DNA of 64,000 nucleotides, taken from contig JBOHUC010000016.1 in NCBI GenBank assembly GCA_050733935.1, forward strand, positions 6,088 through 70,087, read 5' to 3'. Origin of the DNA: Candidatus Eiseniibacteriota bacterium (GTDB taxonomy: Bacteria > Eisenbacteria > RBG-16-71-46 > DASYSL01). Shown here piece after piece: positions 19,423 through 27,934 of the stretch. The stretch's first letter is position 1; every line of letters begins with the position of its first letter. The notes under the pieces are model-generated. The model was not told where the DNA came from. It saw nothing but the letters and a program-made list of their open reading frames with translations, and did no database searches. Position numbers and translations under genes: made by a program.

Positions 19423-20361
19423 TTACTTCGTTTCGATCGCTTGCCGGACGAATCCGCCGGCGCGTTCGAGTCGCCTCGTCGCCTCCTCCTTCGAGACTTC
19501 CGCGAGCGTCATGACGATCGCGGTCTTGACACTTCCTCCGGCCTCGTTCAAGCGATCACACGCCTTGTCGTAGTCGAGCCCGGTCACCGTCATGAGCGTT
19601 CGCCGTCCGCGCTCGACGAGTTTCTCGCTCGTCGCCAGGAGATCCACCATCATGTTCTCGTAGAGTTTCCCCAGACGGACCATGGTCGCGGTCGAGAGCA
19701 TGTTGAGCACGAGCTTCTGCGCCGTGCCCGCTTTCATCCGGGTCGAGCCCATGATCGCCTCGGGTCCGACGACCGGACAGATCGCGACGTCGACCGGGAT
19801 CGTGACCTCGGACCGCGGCGTGCACGTGAGGAGTGCGGTCTTCGCGCCGAGCTTCTTCGCCTGCTCGAGCGCGGCCACGACGAAAGGTGTCCGACGCGAG
19901 GCCGCGATGCCGACCACGAAGTCGTGCCGGTCCACGCGCGCGCGGCGGATCGAGTCCGCTCCGTCGTCAGACCGGTCCTCGGCGCCTTCGACGGCCTGGA
20001 TGAGGGCGCCGTAGCCGCCCGCGATGATGCCCTGAATCCACTCCGGAGGAGTGCCGAACGTGGGCGGACATTCGGCGGCGTCGAGCACGCCCAGGCGTCC
20101 GCTCGTACCGGCCCCCACGTAGAGCACCCGGCCACCGGCCTTCAGGGCCTCGAACGCGAGGTCCACAGCGCGGGCGACGTGCGGAATCTCGCCGCGCACG
20201 ACGTCCGCGACCGTCCGATCCTCGTTGTTGAGAAGCTCGAGCACCTCGACCGTGGACCGGCGATCGAGATCCATCGTGCGCGGGTTGCGCTGCTCGGTCG
20301 CGAGGTCCTTGATCTCGTCGAAGACGGCGCGGTTCGGCGCGCGCGGGTCCGGGGCGCTCAT
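19423..20361 (-). CDS. murQ: N-acetylmuramic acid 6-phosphate etherase
   Basis: SIS domain GAGTSGRLG and C-terminal MurQ-type region, 312 aa. Confidence 0.85.
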   Translation of the reverse strand: MSAPDPRAPNRAVFDEIKDLATEQRNPRTMDLDRRSTVEVLELLNNEDRTVADVVRGEIPHVARAVDLAFEALKAGGRVLYVGAGTSGRLGVLDAAECPPTFGTPPEWIQGIIAGGYGALIQAVEGAEDRSDDGADSIRRARVDRHDFVVGIAASRRTPFVVAALEQAKKLGAKTALLTCTPRSEVTIPVDVAICPVVGPEAIMGSTRMKAGTAQKLVLNMLSTATMVRLGKLYENMMVDLLATSEKLVERGRRTLMTVTGLDYDKACDRLNEAGGSVKTAIVMTLAEVSKEEATRRLERAGGFVRQAIETK

Positions 20362-20451
20362 GCGCGCACCTTAGCGACGCGCGGCACCGCGGGCAAGGCC
20401 CGCGGCAACGCCAGGTGCGATTCCGTCCGGCGTTTCCGGTACTCTCCCGGC

Positions 20452-21387
20452 ATGCCGGAGCTCCCGGAAGTCGAAACCATCCGTCGCCACCTCGAGCGCC
20501 ACGTCGTGGGCCGAACCATCGCCTCGGTCTGGACGTCGGGCCTCGCGCTGCGCCGCCCGGTCCCGCGCACGTTCGCTGCCGCCCTGGCGGGGCGGTCGAT
20601 CGCGGGCGTCGGCCGACACGGGAAGTTCCTGATCCTCGCCCTCGACGACGGCGCGCGCCTCGTCGCTCACCTCGGGATGACGGGGAAGTTCCTCCTGCGA
20701 TCGCCCGAGATCGCCACCGATTCGAAGCCCGCTCACACGCACGCCGAGCTTCGTTTCGCGGACGGGGCGTCCCTCCTGTTCGTGGATCCGCGGCGATTCG
20801 GCCTCCTCGACTTCAGGCCGGTCGGGTCGCAGGACAACGGCCTCGGTGCGCCCGGGGGCGGCGTGGATCCGGTCGCCGAGCGCCTGGACGGGGAGCGACT
20901 CCGGGCCCTGTTCCGGCGCTGTCGCGGGCCGATCAAGCACGTGCTGCTCGATCAGCGTCGCATCGCGGGAATCGGGAACATCTACGCATGCGAGATCCTG
21001 TTCCGTGCCGCGATTGCTCCCAGGCGGCTCGTTCACACGCTCAAGCCCGACGAGCGCGAGCGGCTCGCCGGAGAGATCCACGACGTGTTGGGGCGAGCGA
21101 TCGAAAACCGGGGGACGACGTTCTCGGACTTTCGCGACCTCGACGACCGCCCCGGGGACTACGCGGTCGCTCTCCAGGTCTACGATCGCGAGGGTGAGGC
21201 GTGCCTCCGCTGCGGGACCACGATCCGGCGGATCGTGCAGACCGGGCGGTCGACGTTCTGGTGCCCGGGGTGCCAGAAGCGGGAAGTGCGGAAGGTTGCA
21301 GGGAACTCCGCCGGGCTCAACGGGCGGAACGGTTCGGCGCCGCCACGCGCGACGAGTCGGCGGCAACGGAATCGGCGAGCACCTTAA
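20452..21387 (+). CDS. mutM: Formamidopyrimidine-DNA glycosylase
   Basis: N-terminal MPELPEVE catalytic Pro2/Glu3, H2TH, C-terminal zinc finger CLRCG...CPGCQ. Basic 35-aa C-terminal tail. Confidence 0.85.
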   Translation: MPELPEVETIRRHLERHVVGRTIASVWTSGLALRRPVPRTFAAALAGRSIAGVGRHGKFLILALDDGARLVAHLGMTGKFLLRSPEIATDSKPAHTHAELRFADGASLLFVDPRRFGLLDFRPVGSQDNGLGAPGGGVDPVAERLDGERLRALFRRCRGPIKHVLLDQRRIAGIGNIYACEILFRAAIAPRRLVHTLKPDERERLAGEIHDVLGRAIENRGTTFSDFRDLDDRPGDYAVALQVYDREGEACLRCGTTIRRIVQTGRSTFWCPGCQKREVRKVAGNSAGLNGRNGSAPPRATSRRQRNRRAP

Positions 21388-21865
21388 GGCGCGCGACCTG
21401 GGCAGACCAGGATCGCTGCGCGATCGGCACGCCTTGCGGAACCGGCCCGGGCCATTCAGCGCGCGGGATGTACCACTTGCCTTGCATCGTAGTGAGAAAG
21501 AAGAACGCGGCGAGCGTGTCTACGCCTGCAAGCTGCCCCAACCGACCCCCGTCGGCCGGGTTCTTTCCAACTTCTACGTTGTATGCCACGATTACATCAC
21601 CGTCGAGGCCGCCCTTGATGTACTCGATCGGTTCGAGAACAGCTCGCCTCCGATACAATTGGTATGTAGTTGAGTCAATTGTCGGCGGCCACAACGAGGC
21701 AACAGAGTCGAGCTCAATGACTCGTGCGAGAACGACGACTCTACTTCCGTGAATCACCCTGACAATTGACTGATCTTCGCCGAAGGGCTTTGGACCTGAG
21801 TCTCCCCGCCCGGCGACGCAGAGCGCAAACAACCCGGCACTGAATACTGAGGCGAGATAGCTCAC
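21317..21865 (-). CDS. Small secreted hypothetical protein in a low-GC islet
   Basis: GTG start with AGGAGG SD 5 nt upstream, overlapping the hisA stop (GTGA). Signal peptide VSYLASVFSAGLFALCVAG. The locus is about 55% GC against about 70% for the flanks. 70-nt convergent overlap with mutM. Confidence 0.45.
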   Translation of the reverse strand: MSYLASVFSAGLFALCVAGRGDSGPKPFGEDQSIVRVIHGSRVVVLARVIELDSVASLWPPTIDSTTYQLYRRRAVLEPIEYIKGGLDGDVIVAYNVEVGKNPADGGRLGQLAGVDTLAAFFFLTTMQGKWYIPRAEWPGPVPQGVPIAQRSWSAQVARLKVLADSVAADSSRVAAPNRSAR

Positions 21866-22599
21866 GTCGCCTCCTGCGCTCCCGCCGCCGCGATCGCACT
21901 CGCGACGTCGATCCGCCCGTCGTAGATCGACTTCCCCACGACGAGACCGTCGAGACCGGCCTTCGCGGCCTCGGTCACGTGTTCGAGCGAGCCCACCCCG
22001 CCCGAAAGAATGACCGAAAGTCCGGTCGCCTTCGCGAGCGCGGCTGCACCCTTCACGTCCGGCCCGCCCAGGAGTCCGTCGCGCCCGACATCCGTGTAGA
22101 CGATGCGCTTGACCCCCATCCGCGTGAGCTCGCCGGCCAGCTCGGCGGCCGCACGCCCCGTGCTCTGCGTCCATCCCCGGACGACGACTTCCCGTTCCTT
22201 CACGTCGATCGCGACCGCTACGCGCCCGCCGAAGCGCTCGAGCAGCCCGACCATGAGCCCGGGGTTCACCGCGGCCACCGTGCCCAGGACAACGCGCGCC
22301 GCCCCGCACGTAAAGACGGCCTCGAGGTCCTCCGGTTCGCGAAGGCCGCCACCCACCTGAACGCGCATGCCCTTCCGCGATGCCTCCTCGACCACCTGCC
22401 GCACCGTCTCGACATTCGAAGAGCCGTCGCCGAACGCGCGATTGAGATCGACGACGTGAAGCCAGCGCGCCCCTGCTTCGGCGAAACGTCGAACGGCCTC
22501 GACCGGGGCCAGGTCGTAGACCGTCGCGGCTTCGCGCGCGCCGCGCTCGAGGCGGACGAGTTTGCCTTCGAGAAGATCGATGGCGGGATAGAGGTTCAC
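21862..22599 (-). CDS. hisA: HisA/PriA-type (beta/alpha)8 isomerase (phosphoribosylformimino-AICAR-P isomerase)
   Basis: VNLYPAIDLLEGKLVRL...SGGVGSLEHV...VGKSIYDG. GTG start overlaps the alaX stop. Confidence 0.75.
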   Translation of the reverse strand: MNLYPAIDLLEGKLVRLERGAREAATVYDLAPVEAVRRFAEAGARWLHVVDLNRAFGDGSSNVETVRQVVEEASRKGMRVQVGGGLREPEDLEAVFTCGAARVVLGTVAAVNPGLMVGLLERFGGRVAVAIDVKEREVVVRGWTQSTGRAAAELAGELTRMGVKRIVYTDVGRDGLLGGPDVKGAAALAKATGLSVILSGGVGSLEHVTEAAKAGLDGLVVGKSIYDGRIDVASAIAAAGAQEAT

Positions 22600-23876
22600 G
22601 ATCCGGATTCGGCAGGAATTCCGAGGAGGCGCAGCGCTTCGACGTAGGCGGCTTCGAGAGCCGCCGCGTCCTTCGCGACGATCGTCAGGAGATCGGGTCC
22701 TCCCCCGCCCTTTCCCTGCGCAACCGCGAGAAGCGGCTTCGTGACCTCCCGGAGGTCCGGCTCGGAGCGCTCGCGGGCACGCACGATCACGAGAGCAGGC
22801 TCGGGCAGCAGAGCGGCGGCCACGACAAACGGGGCACCTCGCTTCACCGCCGCCAAAGCAAATGCCTTGAGCCCGGCCGCATCGCGTTCGGCCAGCCGGC
22901 GCGCCCAGCCGTGCACGTTCGCGCCGTCGCCGCTGTCGCCGCCGTCGAGGGCGGCTCCCCGATCGACGGCCCACGCTGCCGCCTCGAGCTCGGCGAGCTG
23001 CTCGCCGAGCCGCTTCACGGTCTTCGAGAGGGCTGCGCGCTCAGCGGCGGCTCGCTCGAGCACGTCGATCACTTCGCGGTCGGATGTGTGCTGGCGTAGC
23101 CCCGCCTCGACCAGCATTCGCACGCGATCCTGGTAGTCCGCGAGCGCGCGCACCCCGCACACGAATTCGACCCGCGTGCCGCCCTTCCACTTCTCGAAGC
23201 GCCGCACCTTGATCGGGCCGATCTCGCCAGTCTTCGTGCAGTGCGTCCCGCCGCACGGGGAAACGTCCCAGTCCTCGACGATCACGAGCCGCACGGATCC
23301 TTCGACTTTAGGGGGCTTCCTCAGCGGGTACTGCCCGATCTCGGACGCTCCGACGATCACGGTGCGAACGGGCCGGTCTTCGAAGACGACGCGATTCGCC
23401 GCCTCCTCAGTCCGCTCGACGTCGTCCCAGGTGAGGCCGCCCCTGTCGAGATCGATCGTCCCCTCGAACTCGCCGAGGCGGGACGACACCGTGTAGGCGT
23501 CGAGCACGCGCTCGAACGCCTGCGATAGCACGTGCTGGCCCGTGTGCTGCTGGCGGAATCCGAGCCTCCGGCCCGCGTCGATCGTGGCCGGGAGGGACGC
23601 GCCGGGAAGCGGCATCGAGGCTTCCCCATCGGCGCGCTCGATCCGATGCCACACGGTTCCATCGTCAGCCTCTTCGACGTCCACGACGGCGGCGCGCCCG
23701 ATCGTGCCGCGATCGCTCTCCTGGCCACCGCCCGTGGGATAGAAGTACGAGCGTTCGAGCGCGATCCAAACGCCGCGCTCGTCCTCGCGGACGCCGCGGA
23801 CGGTCGCTTCGAATGCAGTGGTGTAAGGGTCTTCGAGATACGGACGGGGAATGTGGGCTTCGCCGGTGCCGCTCAT
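22596..23876 (-). CDS. alaX: Alanyl-tRNA synthetase-related editing protein (AlaX-type), with a DHHA1-like C-terminal domain
   Basis: HTGQH and CGGTHC zinc-binding editing-domain motifs. Confidence 0.75.
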   Translation of the reverse strand: MSGTGEAHIPRPYLEDPYTTAFEATVRGVREDERGVWIALERSYFYPTGGGQESDRGTIGRAAVVDVEEADDGTVWHRIERADGEASMPLPGASLPATIDAGRRLGFRQQHTGQHVLSQAFERVLDAYTVSSRLGEFEGTIDLDRGGLTWDDVERTEEAANRVVFEDRPVRTVIVGASEIGQYPLRKPPKVEGSVRLVIVEDWDVSPCGGTHCTKTGEIGPIKVRRFEKWKGGTRVEFVCGVRALADYQDRVRMLVEAGLRQHTSDREVIDVLERAAAERAALSKTVKRLGEQLAELEAAAWAVDRGAALDGGDSGDGANVHGWARRLAERDAAGLKAFALAAVKRGAPFVVAAALLPEPALVIVRARERSEPDLREVTKPLLAVAQGKGGGGPDLLTIVAKDAAALEAAYVEALRLLGIPAESGS

Positions 23877-23981
23877 CCTGCGGGATCTCCGGAGTCCCGG
23901 AGCACCGGGACGACCTGGGAAGGCCCTCGGGCGCCTCCCTCGAGCGGGAGGGAGACGTCCGGCGCGGCCCTCAGCGAAGCG

Positions 23982-24980
23982 TCAGGCCGGTGGGCGTGCG
24001 AGCTGGTACTTGTGCATCTTACGCCATAACGTCGTCCGCGAGATGCCGAGTTGTCGCGCGGTGTTCGTAACGTTGCCGCGCTGCCGCCTGAGGACCCGGA
24101 TGATGTGGTCCTTCTCGATCTCCTCCAAGGAGAGCGAGTCCCGCACATCTTCGGCACCCTTCCCCGATTCGAGGAGAGAAGGCGTGAAGAACGCGGGGGG
24201 CAGATCGGCCCGCGAGATTTCCTTGCCGTCGGCGACGGTCACGGCTCGCTGAATCGCATTCTCGAGCTCGCGCACGTTTCCGGGATAGTCGTAGCGAAGG
24301 AGGGCGGTCTTCGCATCGTTCGAGAACTCTTCGACCGCGCGCCCGGAGCGGCGCACGTACTTCTCGAGGAAGTAGCCCGCCAGGAGGGGGATGTCCTCCC
24401 GGCGTTCCCGAAGAGGGGGCAATTCGATCGTCACGACGTTCAGCCGGTAGAACAAATCCTCTCGAAACCGTCCCTCGTTCATGAGCCGCTTGAGGTCGAC
24501 GTTCGTTGCCGCAATCACGCGCACGTCCACGACACGAACTTCGTTGTCGCCCAGCCGCCGCACCTCGTTGTTCTCGAGGAAGCGCAGCAGCTTGACCTGC
24601 GTCGCGAGCGGCATGTCGCCGATCTCGTCGAGGAACAGCGTGCCACCGTCGGCCTCCTCGATGAGGCCGCGCTTCGTGCCCGCAGCACCCGTGAAGGCGC
24701 CGCGCGCATAGCCGAACAGCTCGCTTTCGATCAGGTTTTCCGGAAGCGCCGCGCAATTGACCGGCACGAAAGCACCGTGCTGGCGGCGGCTCTGCAGATG
24801 AATGGCGCGGGCGATGAGCTCCTTGCCCGTGCCACTTTCTCCGAGGATGAGTACGGTGCTTTCGGTGGGCGCCACCTTGGAGACAAGGCGGAAGATGCGT
24901 TGCATCTTAGGGGTTGCGCCCAGGATGTCGCCATAGGCCGGCGTGGAAGCCTGCCAGGGCGGCGTCTCGACTGTCGCCAA
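23982..24980 (-). CDS. Sigma-54-dependent transcriptional activator (AAA+ plus Fis-type HTH, no sensory/receiver domain)
   Basis: GESGTGKE Walker A, GAFTGA sigma-54 contact motif, ESELFGY, C-terminal [23 protein letters not shown]. Confidence 0.8.
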   Translation of the reverse strand: MATVETPPWQASTPAYGDILGATPKMQRIFRLVSKVAPTESTVLILGESGTGKELIARAIHLQSRRQHGAFVPVNCAALPENLIESELFGYARGAFTGAAGTKRGLIEEADGGTLFLDEIGDMPLATQVKLLRFLENNEVRRLGDNEVRVVDVRVIAATNVDLKRLMNEGRFREDLFYRLNVVTIELPPLRERREDIPLLAGYFLEKYVRRSGRAVEEFSNDAKTALLRYDYPGNVRELENAIQRAVTVADGKEISRADLPPAFFTPSLLESGKGAEDVRDSLSLEEIEKDHIIRVLRRQRGNVTNTARQLGISRTTLWRKMHKYQLARPPA

Positions 24981-25059
24981 AGCTCAGCCCTGCCTTCCTC
25001 TCCCCTGCGTCTAAAGTGCCACAAGATCGTCATTTGGTCAAGCTGCGGGTCCGTGCACG

Positions 25060-25671
25060 TCAGTTCGTGGATGCCGCCGCGAGCCCGTACACGTCGTCGT
25101 GCAGCGCAGGTTCGCCCTCGTCGTCATAGCCGTTGAGCTCATAGACGATCTCGACCGGAGTGCCGATCGTGACGCGCTCGAAGAGGTCCTCGGCGTCGGA
25201 ACGCGACATCCGGATGCAGCCGTGCGACCGCGCGCGACCGATCGAGCCGGGCTCGTTGGTCGCGTGGATCCCGTATCCGTCCTCGGAGATTCGCATCCAC
25301 CGGTGACCGAGCGGATTCTGCGGACCCGGAGGGACCGGCTTTCTTCCTTTCGGGGCCCAGGTCGGGTCCTTGGTCTTCTGGAGAATCCGAAACTGGCCCG
25401 TCGGGGTCGGGCTGTCGGGCCGGCCGACCGCGACCGGATACGCGCGCACGAGCTCGTTCCCGCGCACGAGCCGGAGCCGCCGCGCGGGCACGTTGATGAC
25501 AACCCGGACCGTGTCCTCCCAGGGCAACACCGCGCCGATCCCCTGGGGAAGGTCGAGCTGGTCGGGGGCCGCTCCCGATGCGATCCTCGCGATCCCCGCC
25601 ATCCCGGCGATTGCGATGCAAAGGATCGAGGCCCCGGATGCGAAGTTGAACGAATGGTCGAATCGGCACAT
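25060..25671 (-). CDS. L,D-transpeptidase (YkuD domain)
   Basis: SHGCIRM catalytic motif and signal/TM N-terminus. Confidence 0.75.
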   Translation of the reverse strand: MCRFDHSFNFASGASILCIAIAGMAGIARIASGAAPDQLDLPQGIGAVLPWEDTVRVVINVPARRLRLVRGNELVRAYPVAVGRPDSPTPTGQFRILQKTKDPTWAPKGRKPVPPGPQNPLGHRWMRISEDGYGIHATNEPGSIGRARSHGCIRMSRSDAEDLFERVTIGTPVEIVYELNGYDDEGEPALHDDVYGLAAASTN

Positions 25672-26169
25672 GGATGAGTCCTCCCGCCAGGGGAGAACAT
25701 CAACCTCCGTGCCGAACTCCTAACCGTGCCTGGGGCTGACATTTAGAAGGCAACCCTGCGTTTCGGGGTCAGGCCTCGTGGGCCACGAGACACAAGGGAC
25801 GGTCACCACGGGGCCCGATCGGCCCCGCAAACACGCGGGCGCATTCGGAGTTCGACCCGCCCGGGACAGCAATTTCTGCGAAAGTTTTTGTGGCATGCGT
25901 ACGGCCAAAACCTCATAGTCTGACGCCACCAACCCAGCCGGTAATCTCGTCGCCTCATTGAGAAGGCTGACATCCCGATATCACTCCGGGCCTCGAGGTT
26001 CCGCGCTCTATTCCGTAGCGGTATGGAAACCTTCGGGGAGAATTCGTCGCGGCCCACCTTCACTTCGATTTTTCCACCGAAGGGTTCGAATCCGGAAAGC
26101 GATGACCCGTCGCCCCGCCGGACAACCGGAATCGGCGGCCCAGTTGGCCGATTCGATCGGAGGAGTGTC

Positions 26170-26892
26170 ATGAAGATTATGAAGACCACGCTGTGTTTCC
26201 TGTTTGCCGCGCTGGTCGTCGTCGCAGTGGCGCCGTCGGCGTTCGCGGAGACGAAGGTGCCGAACGACATCCCGGTCGGACCGGAGACGGGCCCGAACTG
26301 TGACGTCGAAGGTTACAAGGTCGAGCGCCAGGTGTTCCCGACGCCGGTTCCCATTCCGGACGCGGTTCCCGCGGGCGTCGTCGTGGGCCCGATCTTCCTG
26401 CCCGAGGACGGCGACATCATCGTGGACACGATCATCGACCTCCGCATGTCGCACACGTGGATCGGCGACATCATCGCGGCCGTCGGCTACGACCCGGATT
26501 GCGACGGCCCGGCGGGATTCATCGTGGCGGACCTGCTCTGCCGGCCTCGCGGCACCTCCGCGAGCTCGCCTCCGCCGTGCGGCACGGTCGCCGGATTCGG
26601 CTGCAGCGCGGACCTTCTCGCGGCGAACACGCTCCTCTACAGCGACGAGGCTCTCGCGAAGCCCGCAGACGGCGTCTGCGTGAACCCGATCGCGCCCGGC
26701 TGCTACAAGCCGAGCACCGCGCTCGAGGTCTTCCGCGGACTGCGCAAGGGCGGCTGCTGGTACCTGGCGGTCGCGGACAACGCGGGCGCGGACACCGGCG
26801 CGATCTACGAGTGGTCGGTGCACGTTCGCAACCAGCGTCCGGTGCCGGCCGTTCCGGCGACGATGGGCAAGATCAAGAGCATCTATCGCTAA
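26170..26892 (+). CDS. Secreted stand-alone proprotein-convertase P-domain protein with the conserved C-terminal tail (tag family member A)
   Basis: GGAGGAG SD. Signal peptide MKIMKTTLCFLFAALVVVAVAPSAFA. P-domain signatures SHTWIGDIIAAV and GGCWYLAVADNAGADTGAIYEWSVHV. C-terminus ...PAVPATMGKIKSIYR. Confidence 0.7.
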   Translation: MKIMKTTLCFLFAALVVVAVAPSAFAETKVPNDIPVGPETGPNCDVEGYKVERQVFPTPVPIPDAVPAGVVVGPIFLPEDGDIIVDTIIDLRMSHTWIGDIIAAVGYDPDCDGPAGFIVADLLCRPRGTSASSPPPCGTVAGFGCSADLLAANTLLYSDEALAKPADGVCVNPIAPGCYKPSTALEVFRGLRKGGCWYLAVADNAGADTGAIYEWSVHVRNQRPVPAVPATMGKIKSIYR

Positions 26893-26917
26893 TCGCATCC
26901 CACATCGGGAGCGAATT

Positions 26918-26950
26918 GGGGCGGGGCCTTCGGGTCCCGCCCTTTTGTTT
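26918..26950 (+). terminator. Rho-independent terminator
   Basis: GGCGGGGCC-TTCG-GGTCCCGCC hairpin with a tetraloop, followed by CTTTTGTTTG. Confidence 0.7.
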
Positions 26951-27022
26951 GTCCCATCCGCCGGGCCACGGGCCACGTAGACTCCGGTGACCGAAGTCGA
27001 CGCCTCCTCCCCCGGAGATCCC

Positions 27023-27934
27023 ATGCCGCCCCTTCGCCGCACTTCGACTTGCTCAGGCCCCTTCTCCACGTTGGTGCACGGGCTCGCGCTCGCCCTCCTG
27101 ACGGCAACTGGTGCCGGGCTTTCATTGCAATCCGCGTTCGCGCACGAGTACTGGCTCGCGCCTTCGACGTATGAGCCGACGATGAGCGACACGGTCGTCG
27201 TCCGCGCGTTCGTGGGCACGGGCTTTCGCGGCGAGCGAAGGCCCTTCGCGGCGCCCCGAACCGTGCGCTTCCGGCTCGGCGGAACGAAGGACGTCGACCT
27301 CGCGCAGCTCGCCCTGAACGGCGCGATCGAATGGGCGCGCGTGCGTCCGGCGGACACGCGTGGAGCCGTCGTGAGCTACGAGTCGAACTTCGTTTCGATC
27401 GAGCTTCCCGCGGCCGAGTTCGAGCACTACCTCGAGATCGAGGGGCTCGAGGGAGCGAAGGCCGAGCGGGCCCGCAAGAGGCAAAGTGATCGCCCCGGAC
27501 GCGAGCGCTACCGGCGGGCCTGCAAATCGTGGCTCGCCGGCACGGACATAGCGCGCGTGTCGCGGCCGTCCGGCCTCCCGCTCGAGATCGTTCCGCTCGC
27601 GGATCCGGCCGCGGACGGACTCCTTCGGGTGCGCATTCTCTTCGACGGGAAGCCGCTCGCCGGCGCGCTCGTGCGCGGATGGCGCCAGACGCTCGAAACG
27701 GGAGCTTCACCGCGCTCCGCCGCGACCCGGGACTCGGTCGGGCCATCCGTCGAAGCACGCACGGACGCTGCGGGAGAGGCGACGTTTTCCGCCTCCGCGC
27801 TGGGTGCGGGCGAGTGGCTCCTGAGCACGGTGCACATGATCCCGTCGCGTGTTCCCGGGGAAGCGGACTGGGAGAGCACCTGGGCGTCGCTCACGTTCGC
27901 GCGCCTTGCGCCACCGGGTCGAAAGCCGCGGTGA
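27023..27934 (+). CDS. DUF4198-family periplasmic protein (Ni/Co uptake accessory, NikM/CbiK-like)
   Basis: GGAGA SD before MPPLRR. Signal peptide then the HEYWL motif characteristic of DUF4198. Confidence 0.65.
   Translation: MPPLRRTSTCSGPFSTLVHGLALALLTATGAGLSLQSAFAHEYWLAPSTYEPTMSDTVVVRAFVGTGFRGERRPFAAPRTVRFRLGGTKDVDLAQLALNGAIEWARVRPADTRGAVVSYESNFVSIELPAAEFEHYLEIEGLEGAKAERARKRQSDRPGRERYRRACKSWLAGTDIARVSRPSGLPLEIVPLADPAADGLLRVRILFDGKPLAGALVRGWRQTLETGASPRSAATRDSVGPSVEARTDAAGEATFSASALGAGEWLLSTVHMIPSRVPGEADWESTWASLTFARLAPPGRKPR

Noticed and set aside
21866-22309. Upstream extension of ORF 21317-22309
   Set aside because: R/G-rich, overlaps hisA in another frame. The SD-GTG start at 21865 gives a sensible signal-peptide N-terminus.
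25680-26169. Possible sigma-54 promoter (TGGCATGCGTACGGCC near 25888) upstream of tagged protein A; similar check upstream of 53672
   Set aside because: GG/GC spacing and -12 TTGC element do not fit the TGGCAC-N5-TTGCW consensus. Not reportable without a PSSM scan.
25060-26892. L,D-transpeptidase as the attachment enzyme for the K-x-Y-(H)-R tail (Lpp-like peptidoglycan cross-linking)
   Set aside because: Kept only as a speculative note inside the main finding. The tails end in Arg, not Lys, the Ldt gene is divergent from protein A, and Ldts are common housekeeping enzymes.
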